Shown here piece by piece: positions 29,613 through 37,824 of a stretch of DNA of 64,000 bases. Position 1 is the stretch's first letter. Each line of letters opens with the position of its first letter. The notes beneath the pieces are model-generated. The model saw nothing but the letters and a program-made list of their open reading frames with translations. It was not told the origin of the DNA and did not search any database. Source of the stretch: a virus; the IMG/VR virus record IMGVR_UViG_3300031111_000008, positions 28,112-92,111 of that record; one strand, 5' to 3'. The translations under genes and the position numbers were made by a program.

Positions 29613-29750
29613 GCAATCCCGTAGCAGAATTGGTAAATGCACACTAACAGGTGGAGAAGACCAGTGGCCCGACGTGGCCATCTCCAGAGCTACGCTGATT
29701 AAATATCGGGAGAAACTTCTCATTGCTGGTTCAAGTCCAGTCGGGGTTGC
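29613..29750 (+). ncRNA. tRNA-like RNA with expanded central region
   Basis: acceptor GCAATCCCG/CGGGGTTGC, D-arm GCAGAATTGGTAAATGC, T-arm GCTGGTTCAAGTCCAGT, 84 nt between arms. Confidence 0.6.
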
Positions 29751-29850
29751 TTGAGTTTGTGGGGTTGTTTGTTGCGCGAGCCGGTTCCCGGTGTTTTGGC
29801 TCGATGGCATTCGCCGGGGGCCGGTTTTTAATCGAAAGGAGTCTGAAGAA

Positions 29851-30057
29851 ATGTTGGTTTTGTCTCGCAAGAAAAACGAGAGTATCATCATCAACGATGA
29901 CATAACAATTGTTGTTGTTGAGATACGTGGTGATAAATGCAGGCTCGGAATCGAATGTGACAAGTCCATTCCAGTACATAGAAAGGAAGTCTACGATGCC
30001 ATTCAAAGGCAGGAACAGAAAAGTTCCACTGCCCCAAAAGCATCCGACGGTACATAA
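29851..30057 (+). CDS. csrA: carbon storage regulator CsrA/RsmA
   Basis: MLVLSRKKNESIIINDDITIVVVEIRGDKCRLGIE..IPVHRKEVY. Confidence 0.93.
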   Translation: MLVLSRKKNESIIINDDITIVVVEIRGDKCRLGIECDKSIPVHRKEVYDAIQRQEQKSSTAPKASDGT

Positions 30058-30178
30058 CTTTTTGGATTTAACCGGGCAGACTTTCGGCAGACTAGTTGTA
30101 GATTACTACGGAGGGCGGGTGGAAGACAAGCCTTCGTGGATTTGTACTTGCGTGTGTGGAAATACTAATGAGGGTTGA
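29996..30178 (+). pseudogene. N-terminal relic of HNH-type homing endonuclease
   Basis: DLTGQTFGRLVV..WICTCVCGN then stop; same N-terminal motif as ORF 52018..52716. Confidence 0.65.
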
Positions 30179-30196
30179 GTTTTTTCAGTTGTGGTG

Positions 30197-30300
30197 GTAG
30201 CCCCGTGGCGGAATTGGTATACGCCTGCTCGCAAAGGAAGAGGATCCAGTCAGTTAGAACGGGCCTGGACATTTGCTGGTTCGACTCCAGCCGGGGCTAC
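30197..30300 (+). ncRNA. tRNA-like RNA lacking a canonical anticodon arm
   Basis: GTAGCCCCG/CGGGGCTAC, D-arm GGCGGAATTGGTATACGC, T-arm GCTGGTTCGACTCCAGC, 50-nt middle. Confidence 0.6.
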
Positions 30301-30348
30301 TTTTATTTGGCAGTGGAAATTGGTTGACTTAGAAAAGGAGAATTCAGA

Positions 30349-31092
30349 GTGGCAAGACTCAATCAGATTATTGCGTTGGTGAAGGGCAGGAAGGCAGAGG
30401 TTCAGTCGGCTTTGACTCTGATCTACCATCAATGCCAGAAGACGGATCTCTTCGCGGGACTGGTGAAGACTTACGAACCCAGCGACGAGGAAGGGGAACG
30501 CTACCCTGGTGACGAGAAGCGGCTTCAGCTTCGCGTCGAGGAGCTTCTGCAACAGGTGGGTAAGGAGAGCAGCAAGCTGTTCGACGTGGTCGAGTTGCAG
30601 GATAGGATGAACTGCGAGACGAAAGCCAATGTGGTAGTCGACGGCGCGGTGGTTCTCAATGACGTTCCGCCTACTCATTTGCTCTTTCTGGAGCATAAGC
30701 TGGTGGATTTCATTACTCTGCTCGAAAAGATTCCCGTCCTGGATCCCGCCAAGAATTGGTCTTATTCGGACGAGGGCCGCTGTTTCCGTTCCGACCCGAT
30801 TCGGAGAACCAAAACGAAGAAGGTTCCCCGGTTCAAGTCAGTGGCGGAAGCTACCGTACAGCATCCCGAGCAGGTTGTTCAGATCACGGAGGACATTGTG
30901 GAGGGAACTTGGACGACTGTGGAGTTCTCTGGGGCGGTTAGCGAGGAAAGGAAGCATCAGCTAATCAGCCGGGCGAGGAAGCTTAAGGATGCCGTGATCG
31001 CAGCCAGGGAGGAGGCCAATTCGGCAAAGGTGGGCTTGAAGCCTTCCGTTGGAAAATCAGTGTTTGACTTCTTATTGAAGGAGGATGCTTAA
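30349..31092 (+). CDS. conserved hypothetical protein
   Basis: AAGGAG RBS; RLNQIIA..F.GL.KTYEP..EEGE..EAT.QHP.QV..FSGA..AREEAN pattern. Confidence 0.7.
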   Translation: MARLNQIIALVKGRKAEVQSALTLIYHQCQKTDLFAGLVKTYEPSDEEGERYPGDEKRLQLRVEELLQQVGKESSKLFDVVELQDRMNCETKANVVVDGAVVLNDVPPTHLLFLEHKLVDFITLLEKIPVLDPAKNWSYSDEGRCFRSDPIRRTKTKKVPRFKSVAEATVQHPEQVVQITEDIVEGTWTTVEFSGAVSEERKHQLISRARKLKDAVIAAREEANSAKVGLKPSVGKSVFDFLLKEDA

Positions 31093-31111
31093 CAAAATAG
31101 GATGAAAGTTT

Positions 31112-31430
31112 TAGTCTCAGATTCTTCTTGATCTAGCAGCGTGGATAAATGAAGCGCGGCGAATCAGAATTAGACTATCATCCTAGCATCAGAATTGCAC
31201 CAAAAGGTCACATCAAGTCCCGATGTCAATATTGTCATGATGACGGTTCAATCCCGTCCTTCCGCTCTTGGGCAGAAACAACTAAGCGGAAGTAGCTCAA
31301 TGGCCAGAGCAATGGCATTTAAGAATGAACGGAGGGTTTAGCGGAGAACGGTGGCCTGTGATTGTTGGTGAAAAATCATGTTAAAATGATGCACAAGCTC
31401 CTCGGGGGACGGATAATGCCTCCGGGGAGC
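31112..31430 (+). ncRNA. large structured RNA with circularly permuted tRNA-like (YrlA-like) module
   Basis: T-arm 31242-58 precedes closed acceptor-like stem 31259-92 and D-arm 31295-310; nested long-range pairings. Confidence 0.65.
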
Positions 31431-31436
31431 GTTTTA

Positions 31437-31509
31437 ACCGGGGAGGTTGCTGGTTTACCCGCCCAGCCTCATAAGTTGGGTTACGACGGTTCGATTCCGT
31501 CCCCCGGAA
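31437..31509 (+). tRNA. tRNA with CAT anticodon (Met/Ile2), non-canonical D-arm
   Basis: ACCGGGG/CCCCGGA acceptor, CCAGC-CTCATAA-GTTGG, GACGGTTCGATTCCGTC; no encoded CCA. Confidence 0.65.
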
Positions 31510-31715
31510 CTTTGGTAGTAAAGCAAACCCCAGAAGGAGGAACCCCAGGGCACATTTGCGAGATTTTTCACTATCAATTTCCTGGTCCTGATTTGGACGT
31601 GGGTTTCCCAAGGTTAGCCAAGGGAAGGTAGTCGGAATCGCACGTCTCGTAGTGTCATTTCCAGTTTGATGACGGCTGGATGGGGTTCCTCCTCTTCTTG
31701 CAGGAAGGATGGCAA

Positions 31716-32735
31716 ATGGTAAAGATCGTGAGGGAGGATCTGATCAAAGTTCTCGATTTCCTCCAACCAGGACTTTTGGAAGCGACCAAGGATCGGCCTG
31801 GTTTCTATTGCTTTTCTATAGGCAAAGTATTTTCTTGGAACGATAACGTTGCATGCGAAGTGGCGTTCAGAAATGGAGGCGCAAACTTCAAAGTACCAGC
31901 CGATCCTCTAAGGACTCTTCTTGGCAAACTCTCAGATCAGGAGATTAGTTTTTGCGTCGAGGAGAATCAGCTACGGATACGAGGAATCAACAAGCGGGCC
32001 AAGATCAACCTGCTGGAGTTGGAGAATGAAGTTATTCCCAGAAAATCTGTAAAAACCAAGTGGGAGGAGCTGCCGGAAGGATTTGAGGAGGCTTTGAAAG
32101 TAGTGATGCCCAGCGCTGCCAGGAAGCAGGAAGGTATAGAGAGATACATTCATTTTCATCCTGGATGGGTAGAGGCTTGCGATAATTTTCAAGCGGTTCG
32201 TTGTGATCTGGTTGGTTGGGACGATTCGATTCTGATACACGCGGCATGGGCAAAGCACCTGGTTGGTGCAGGATTGACTCGTTTTGTAATTGAACAAGGT
32301 TGGATCCATTTCAAAAGTTCTGTGGGACGAATCAGTCTGCGGAGGTACGATGACGATTATCCAGACTACTACTCGGCAGCGTTTGCAGGGGATGGCAGGG
32401 TAATGAAAATGCCGAAGGGGCTTGAGGGCATTATCAATCGGGCCGTCGTGATGAGTAAGGACGAGAAAGTTGGTGAAGAGCTTGGGGACGATGTCGAGAT
32501 TAGTTTCAGAGACGGGCGGGTAACTGTACGGTCCAAAGGCAAGTACGGATCTTATCAGGAGTTTGTGAATGAGGATTACAACAGCTACGTGGAGGACGAG
32601 AACGTTTCGTTCATTGTTTCTGCTAGCATGTTCAAACGAATGTTGGATATGCCAGGAAAGTGCGAAGTGACGGACAGGACGTTGAGGAAGATTACGGGTT
32701 CCTGTTCGTTTGCTGTTCGGTTGAATTCTAATTGA
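31716..32735 (+). CDS. DNA polymerase sliding clamp (beta-like)
   Basis: ~340 aa, ACDNFQA and YPDY motifs; next to polymerase and clamp loader. Confidence 0.65.
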   Translation: MVKIVREDLIKVLDFLQPGLLEATKDRPGFYCFSIGKVFSWNDNVACEVAFRNGGANFKVPADPLRTLLGKLSDQEISFCVEENQLRIRGINKRAKINLLELENEVIPRKSVKTKWEELPEGFEEALKVVMPSAARKQEGIERYIHFHPGWVEACDNFQAVRCDLVGWDDSILIHAAWAKHLVGAGLTRFVIEQGWIHFKSSVGRISLRRYDDDYPDYYSAAFAGDGRVMKMPKGLEGIINRAVVMSKDEKVGEELGDDVEISFRDGRVTVRSKGKYGSYQEFVNEDYNSYVEDENVSFIVSASMFKRMLDMPGKCEVTDRTLRKITGSCSFAVRLNSN

Positions 32736-32753
32736 TCCAGTCAAGGGGTTGTG

Positions 32754-33941
32754 ATGGAAGGTTTTCTCTCGCCTTCTGTTCTGAATACGTACGACAAACC
32801 CACGAATCCGAAGTGTGGGAAATGCGGTTTGTTTCGTAAGTGCAACTCTCCGAAGATGCCGATGACGGGAGAAGGTGGGGAGAAAATACTAGTTGTTGCG
32901 GAAGCGCCCGGAAAAAATGAAGATGAAGAAAACACTCAGCTGATAGGTAAGTCTGGACAACTCCTCCGAAAACATCTCCGAGAATGCGGGATTGATCTCG
33001 ATAGAGATTGTTGGAAAACTAATGCGGTTATTTGCTATCCAGGCGATACTCCTACTCCGAAGCAGGTGGAGTATTGCTTTGCCAATCTAAGGGCTACTAT
33101 CAAGGAAACTAATCCCGAGATCATCATTGTCCTTGGTGGCACAGCTGTCTCTTCTCTCATAGGCTGGTTGTGGAAAAGCAGTACGGGAAAGTTGTCTCGT
33201 TGGGTGGGTTGGCAAATTCCAGATCAGAAATTGAATGCTTGGATTTGTCCTACGTACCATCCGTCTTATATTCTTCGTAAGGATGAGTCTATTTACGAAG
33301 AACATTTTCATGATCACCTAGAAGCCGCCGTCAGTCTGAGAGGCAGACCCCATCCCAAGGAGCCTCGGCGATGGCATCGGGATGTACGGATCATTACGAA
33401 TACGGGCGAAGCTGCCGATGCCATCAAGAAGATTGTGGCGTGGGGAGAGGGACTAGCTGCTTTCGACTTCGAGACGGATCGACTGAAGCCCGACTCCGAG
33501 GACGCGAAGATCGTTTGTTGTTCTATAAGCCATGACGGGAAGACGATTGCTTTTCCCTGGTATGGATGCGTTCCTTCCGTAATGAAGAGGTTTATGGAAT
33601 CGGAGAGAATTGGAAAGATTGCAGCAAACATCAAATTCGAGCATCGATGGGTGAAGGCGAAGCTGGGAATCGATGTTGCGAATTGGGCTTTTGATACGAT
33701 GCAGGCGGCGCACCAGTTGGACAATCGAAAAGGAGTGACGGGGTTGAAGTTTCAATCCTACGTACGGTTGGGGCAACCTTCTTATGACGAGCACATCGCG
33801 CCGTGGCTAAAGGCCAAGTTGGGAAATGAGCAGAACCGCATAAGTAAGATTTCGACGCGGGAGCTGCTTTTGTATTGTGGTATGGATTCATTGTTGGAGT
33901 ACAAATTGGCTCTGATGCAAATGGAGGAGTTGGGAGTATGA
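32754..33941 (+). CDS. uracil-DNA glycosylase (family 4) fused to PolA 3'-5' exonuclease
   Basis: CGKCGL, AEAPG..E, TNAVICYP, YHPSYILR; then DFET, NIKFE, DTM, YCGMD. Confidence 0.88.
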   Translation: MEGFLSPSVLNTYDKPTNPKCGKCGLFRKCNSPKMPMTGEGGEKILVVAEAPGKNEDEENTQLIGKSGQLLRKHLRECGIDLDRDCWKTNAVICYPGDTPTPKQVEYCFANLRATIKETNPEIIIVLGGTAVSSLIGWLWKSSTGKLSRWVGWQIPDQKLNAWICPTYHPSYILRKDESIYEEHFHDHLEAAVSLRGRPHPKEPRRWHRDVRIITNTGEAADAIKKIVAWGEGLAAFDFETDRLKPDSEDAKIVCCSISHDGKTIAFPWYGCVPSVMKRFMESERIGKIAANIKFEHRWVKAKLGIDVANWAFDTMQAAHQLDNRKGVTGLKFQSYVRLGQPSYDEHIAPWLKAKLGNEQNRISKISTRELLLYCGMDSLLEYKLALMQMEELGV

Positions 33942-34264
33942 GCTTTCTTGATGGTTCGTGGCAAGTTGCTGGTGAAAAAACTTGCAAAGCCCCGTGGAAT
34001 GGGGGAAAGAATGGAAAGTATTTCCGTTGTGCTTACTGCGGGAAGAAGTTTGCGGTTGGTGATATATGGAGATGTATCTACACGAACGACATAAAGTATG
34101 GAGGTGGGAATCCTCTTTGCTGCGGGAAGTGCAGTGAGAAGGCGGGAAACTCGAAGGACGAGTTACGGAGGATCTGGTTGGAGAGAAGTATTACATGGAG
34201 GGAAATGCACTCTCCGAGTGGAATGTGGTGGTGGTTTGCTAGAAATTGTGAGGATCATGGATAG
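33938..34264 (+). CDS. Zn-finger hypothetical protein
   Basis: CAYC..CGKC; ATGA overlap. Confidence 0.5.
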   Translation: MSFLDGSWQVAGEKTCKAPWNGGKNGKYFRCAYCGKKFAVGDIWRCIYTNDIKYGGGNPLCCGKCSEKAGNSKDELRRIWLERSITWREMHSPSGMWWWFARNCEDHG

Positions 34265-34571
34265 TTTTCAGGGGATGGAGAGAAAATTCTCTACGGTCTA
34301 TGCAGATCCTCCTTGGAGGTTTCGCAATCGGACTGTTAGGGGTGCTCCCGAAGGATACAACGCACATCATTATTCTACTATGAGCTTGGAAGAAATAATG
34401 GATCTTCCAGTAGGTGATTTGGTTTACATGTCTCAAAGGAGGGATCATTCACGAAAGCCCGACGAATTGCGTTCGATAATAAGATTTTGTAGTCCCGGTC
34501 CTTACTTGGAACTGTTTGCCCGCGAGAGGGTGAAAGGTTGGACGTGCTGGGGGGATGGAATAGATGGCTGA
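34257..34571 (+). pseudogene. MT-A70-family methyltransferase with in-frame internal deletion
   Basis: ADPPW..HYSTMSLEEI joined directly to HSRKPDE..YLELFARE..GW..WG; only ~104 aa. Confidence 0.7.
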
Positions 34572-35955
34572 ACTCACTCCTAAAGATGCCTACCAACTAT
34601 TTCACGAGGGGACGTTAGCCCTTGCGGACGTAGAGGCTAATGGCATACGGGTTGATGTAGCCAAGCTTGACAAGAACATTAAGAGGGTTGAGAGAAGGAT
34701 AGAAGACAACCTGAAGAAACTGAAGCGGGATGAAGTTTGGGAGAAGTGGAAGGGAGTCTATGGGGAAAAAGCAAATATTGGCAGCCGTACTCAATTGGGC
34801 AAGATCATATTCGAGCATTTGGGTTATGAATGTACCCAAAGAACGGAGAAGACTGGCAGAGCGAAAGTCAGCGAGGAAACTCTTCAAGATGTAAACATAC
34901 CCTTCACGCGGGCTTGGTTGAAGATCGAGCATTTCAGAAAATTCCTATCGACTAGCCTAAAGGGAATTCGGAACGAGTTAGTTGGTGATAGGGTCCATGC
35001 GATCTACGATTTGCATTTGGCGATTTCATTCCGTTCCCGGTGCGAACGTCCCAACATGCAGAACCAGCCGATCAGGGAACCAGTTACAGGCAAGCTGATT
35101 CGAGAGTGTTTCATTGCCAGCCCGAACCACCACATCATGGAAGCGGATTTCGGAAGCTTGGAGTTTCTCATAGCGTGCTGTTTTTGGTGTGATGACACTA
35201 TGATCGAGTACGCCAACGATGAGACAAGGGATATTCATCGGGACATGGCGACTGAGTGTTACCACCTTCCTGAGAACGCGGTCCCGAAAGATTGTAGATT
35301 CTATACGAAGAACCAATTCGTATTTCCCCAGCTGTACGGCAGCGATTACGTAGCCTGTTCGAGAAATCTGTGGCACGCAATCGAAACCGCTAAGCTGAAG
35401 ACGGCGGATGGAATTCCTCTCAGGAGACATTTACGTAGAGAACTGGGGATTAAAAAGCTAGGTAGGTGCAGCCACAAATTTGATCCGTTTCCGGGAACGT
35501 ATGAGTACTACATTCGCCGTGTTCAGAACAACTTCAACAAACGCTTCTCTCAATACGCTGCCCGAAAGGAAGTCTGGTGGGAAAAGTACAAGGAGACGCG
35601 GCAGTTTCGGCTAATGACTGGTTTTGATGTTCGTGGGGTGTATCGGAAAAACCAGGTTTACAACATACCGATCCAGGGACCAGCCTTCCACTGTTTGCTT
35701 TGGAGTTTGATTCGTATGAACAACTGGTTGAAAGAGAACAACATGCGAACAAAGATCGTGGGGACGGTCCACGATTCAATCGTCTTCGATGTTCACAAGG
35801 ATGAGTTGGGAATAGTCATGAGGAAGTGCAAGGAAGTCATGACAAAGGACATACGGAAAGTTTGGGATTGGATTATCGTGCCTCTGAAAGTCGAGTTTGA
35901 GGCTTCGCCTGTGAACGGTTCTTGGTGGGAAAAGAAGGAGATTGATGATGCCTAG
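34564..35955 (+). CDS. polA: family A DNA polymerase, polymerase domain
   Basis: PNMQNQP, ADFGSLE, DIH, R..TK..VFPQLYG, NIPIQG, VHDS. Confidence 0.92.
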   Translation: MAELTPKDAYQLFHEGTLALADVEANGIRVDVAKLDKNIKRVERRIEDNLKKLKRDEVWEKWKGVYGEKANIGSRTQLGKIIFEHLGYECTQRTEKTGRAKVSEETLQDVNIPFTRAWLKIEHFRKFLSTSLKGIRNELVGDRVHAIYDLHLAISFRSRCERPNMQNQPIREPVTGKLIRECFIASPNHHIMEADFGSLEFLIACCFWCDDTMIEYANDETRDIHRDMATECYHLPENAVPKDCRFYTKNQFVFPQLYGSDYVACSRNLWHAIETAKLKTADGIPLRRHLRRELGIKKLGRCSHKFDPFPGTYEYYIRRVQNNFNKRFSQYAARKEVWWEKYKETRQFRLMTGFDVRGVYRKNQVYNIPIQGPAFHCLLWSLIRMNNWLKENNMRTKIVGTVHDSIVFDVHKDELGIVMRKCKEVMTKDIRKVWDWIIVPLKVEFEASPVNGSWWEKKEIDDA

Positions 35956-36157
35956 ACGATTAAGACAGTCAGCCAGCGATGCCAGCAATGCGATAGACGC
36001 GGCGGCGAACGCTGTACGGGAAGCTGCCGTGACAATAGATTCTCTTGTTGAGGACATTTCGGAGCAAGGGATAGAGATAGGGGTGAAGAAAGTGGAAGCG
36101 GAGGATTTCATTTCGAGGTATCGTCTTTGCATCAAGCTAGGAACCGTCGAGAAGTAA
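35942..36157 (+). CDS. hypothetical protein
   Basis: AAGGAG RBS, packed between polA and clamp loader. Confidence 0.45.
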   Translation: MMMPRRLRQSASDASNAIDAAANAVREAAVTIDSLVEDISEQGIEIGVKKVEAEDFISRYRLCIKLGTVEK

Positions 36158-36160
36158 CAG

Positions 36161-37078
36161 ATGGAACTCTACAAGAAATACCGGCCACAAGAACTGAGGG
36201 GTGTGGTAGGGCAAAAGAACGCTCTGCTACCGATAGTGGAGTTGGGCAAGAAGAAGAAGCTTCCACACACCATTCTCTTTTCGGGGCCGAGCGGAGTAGG
36301 GAAGACGACGACGGCAAGGATATTGGCGAAGAAGGTTAAGTGCAAGAAACCGGACTTGCATGAGATGGACGCCGCGCAGGTTCGAGGAATCGATGCCATT
36401 CGGGAAATAGCGGACAGAATTCGCCAACTTCCTATTGCAGGGGAATCCTCAGTATGGATAATAGATGAAGTGCATCAGTTGACGGGTGCGGCAGTAGATT
36501 CCTTCCTGAAGATCCTTGAGGATACTCCTTCTTATATCTACTTTTTTCTCTGCACGACGAACCCAGAGAAACTGAAGAGAACCATTCTTACGCGGTGCCA
36601 TCAGGTCAAGATGGTTCCTATCAATGATTTGCAGATGCGCAGGTTGTTGGTTCTAACTGCCAAAGCGGAAGGATTCAAGCTCAATGTTGAGGTTGTTGAT
36701 AAGATTACTGAGAATTCAGGAGGAAGTGCTCGGCAAGCTCTGGTTTACCTCAACGCGGTTTTGCTCATCCCGGAACCAGAGGATCAACTCAATGCAATTG
36801 GGAGCGTTGTAGCAGAAGCTAGTGGGATCGACTTGGCTAGATTGTTGGTGAAGAATCAATGCTCCTGGCGACAGCTTACGGACATTCTGGGGAAGTTGAA
36901 GCCTGATGATGTTGAGACGGTTCGTTGGACAGTGATGGGCTACTGCCGAAGCATTTTGTTGAAAGAGAAAAACCCTTTGGCAGCGAGAGTTTTGGATTTG
37001 TTTTTGGAACCTTTTTACGAAAGCAAGATGAATGGTTTGGTAGCCGCTTGCTGGCGAGCCAGGATGGAGGAAGGTTAG
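36161..37078 (+). CDS. clamp loader (DnaX/RFC-like AAA+)
   Basis: LYKKYRP, GPSGVGKTT, IIDEVHQL, TILTRC. Confidence 0.9.
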   Translation: MELYKKYRPQELRGVVGQKNALLPIVELGKKKKLPHTILFSGPSGVGKTTTARILAKKVKCKKPDLHEMDAAQVRGIDAIREIADRIRQLPIAGESSVWIIDEVHQLTGAAVDSFLKILEDTPSYIYFFLCTTNPEKLKRTILTRCHQVKMVPINDLQMRRLLVLTAKAEGFKLNVEVVDKITENSGGSARQALVYLNAVLLIPEPEDQLNAIGSVVAEASGIDLARLLVKNQCSWRQLTDILGKLKPDDVETVRWTVMGYCRSILLKEKNPLAARVLDLFLEPFYESKMNGLVAACWRARMEEG

Positions 37079-37282
37079 ATGAATCAGGAAGAAAAGGCTG
37101 CGTTTGATCAAGCTTTGGCCTTGTTTCGGGACACGATCCCAATAGCTTGGTATTCGATGTATCAAGGTTGTCGGCAGGCCGGTTTCACGAAAGCGGAATC
37201 TATGTCGTTGTTGAAGACTTATATTTTGGGTTTTGCTTCTAATGGGATAAACCCTCCCCCGACTGAGCAAGGAGAGAAATAG
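37079..37282 (+). CDS. hypothetical protein
   Basis: abuts both neighbours. Confidence 0.5.
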   Translation: MNQEEKAAFDQALALFRDTIPIAWYSMYQGCRQAGFTKAESMSLLKTYILGFASNGINPPPTEQGEK

Positions 37283-37786
37283 ATGAAAACAAAATGCCCA
37301 CATGAGGAAGGCGAAGACATTCTCGCCGTCGATCAGTATAGGCTAGATAGCGAATGGGTACGCCAGTCCCGTATTTACAACTACTACGCGGAACGAGCAG
37401 CGGACGCGAAACGGGAAGCGGACGAAGCCAAATCGAAGCTGGCTCTCATCGAAGCAAAGTTGCGTCTAGCTATCGTGTCCTCTCCCGACGAGTATGGGTT
37501 GGCTAAGACGACGGAGAAGGTTGTGGATGCGGCTATCGTGGTTCAGCCCGAGTGCATCGATGCTGCCAGGGACATGCGGGATGCCAGGTACAACGCGGAC
37601 TGCATAGCTAGTTTGCTAACAGCGTTGGATCATAAGAAGAAAGCGCTGGAGAACCTCGTCAGTCTGCAAGCCAGGGATTACTTCAGCGAACCCAAAGCGA
37701 GAGGTGAGGCGAGGGATGTTGCCGAAAGCGCCAAGCGGGATACTCCTGCAAGCCGTCTGAAAAAGAGAACGCGGAAATTGTCGTAA
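37283..37786 (+). CDS. UvsY-like recombination mediator (putative)
   Basis: helical, KTTEKVVDAAI..ALDHKKKALENLV; upstream of SSB and recA. Confidence 0.55.
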   Translation: MKTKCPHEEGEDILAVDQYRLDSEWVRQSRIYNYYAERAADAKREADEAKSKLALIEAKLRLAIVSSPDEYGLAKTTEKVVDAAIVVQPECIDAARDMRDARYNADCIASLLTALDHKKKALENLVSLQARDYFSEPKARGEARDVAESAKRDTPASRLKKRTRKLS

Positions 37787-37824
37787 CCAGAAGGAAGAAG
37801 AACTTTTCAACGAGGGAAATCAAG

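Noticed and set aside
28565-29969. Long minus-strand ORFs (207 and 422 aa), and similar ones at 37903..38511 and 46821..47723
   Set aside because: Antisense to well-supported plus-strand genes with biased codons; no motifs.
33397-33409. 13-nt match between CRISPR spacer 1 (ACGAATACGGGCG) and the UDG-exonuclease gene, suggesting self-targeting
   Set aside because: Flanks mismatch, the spacer has a stop in the equivalent frame, and a 13-mer hit is plausible by chance. I saw no full spacer match in the window by eye.
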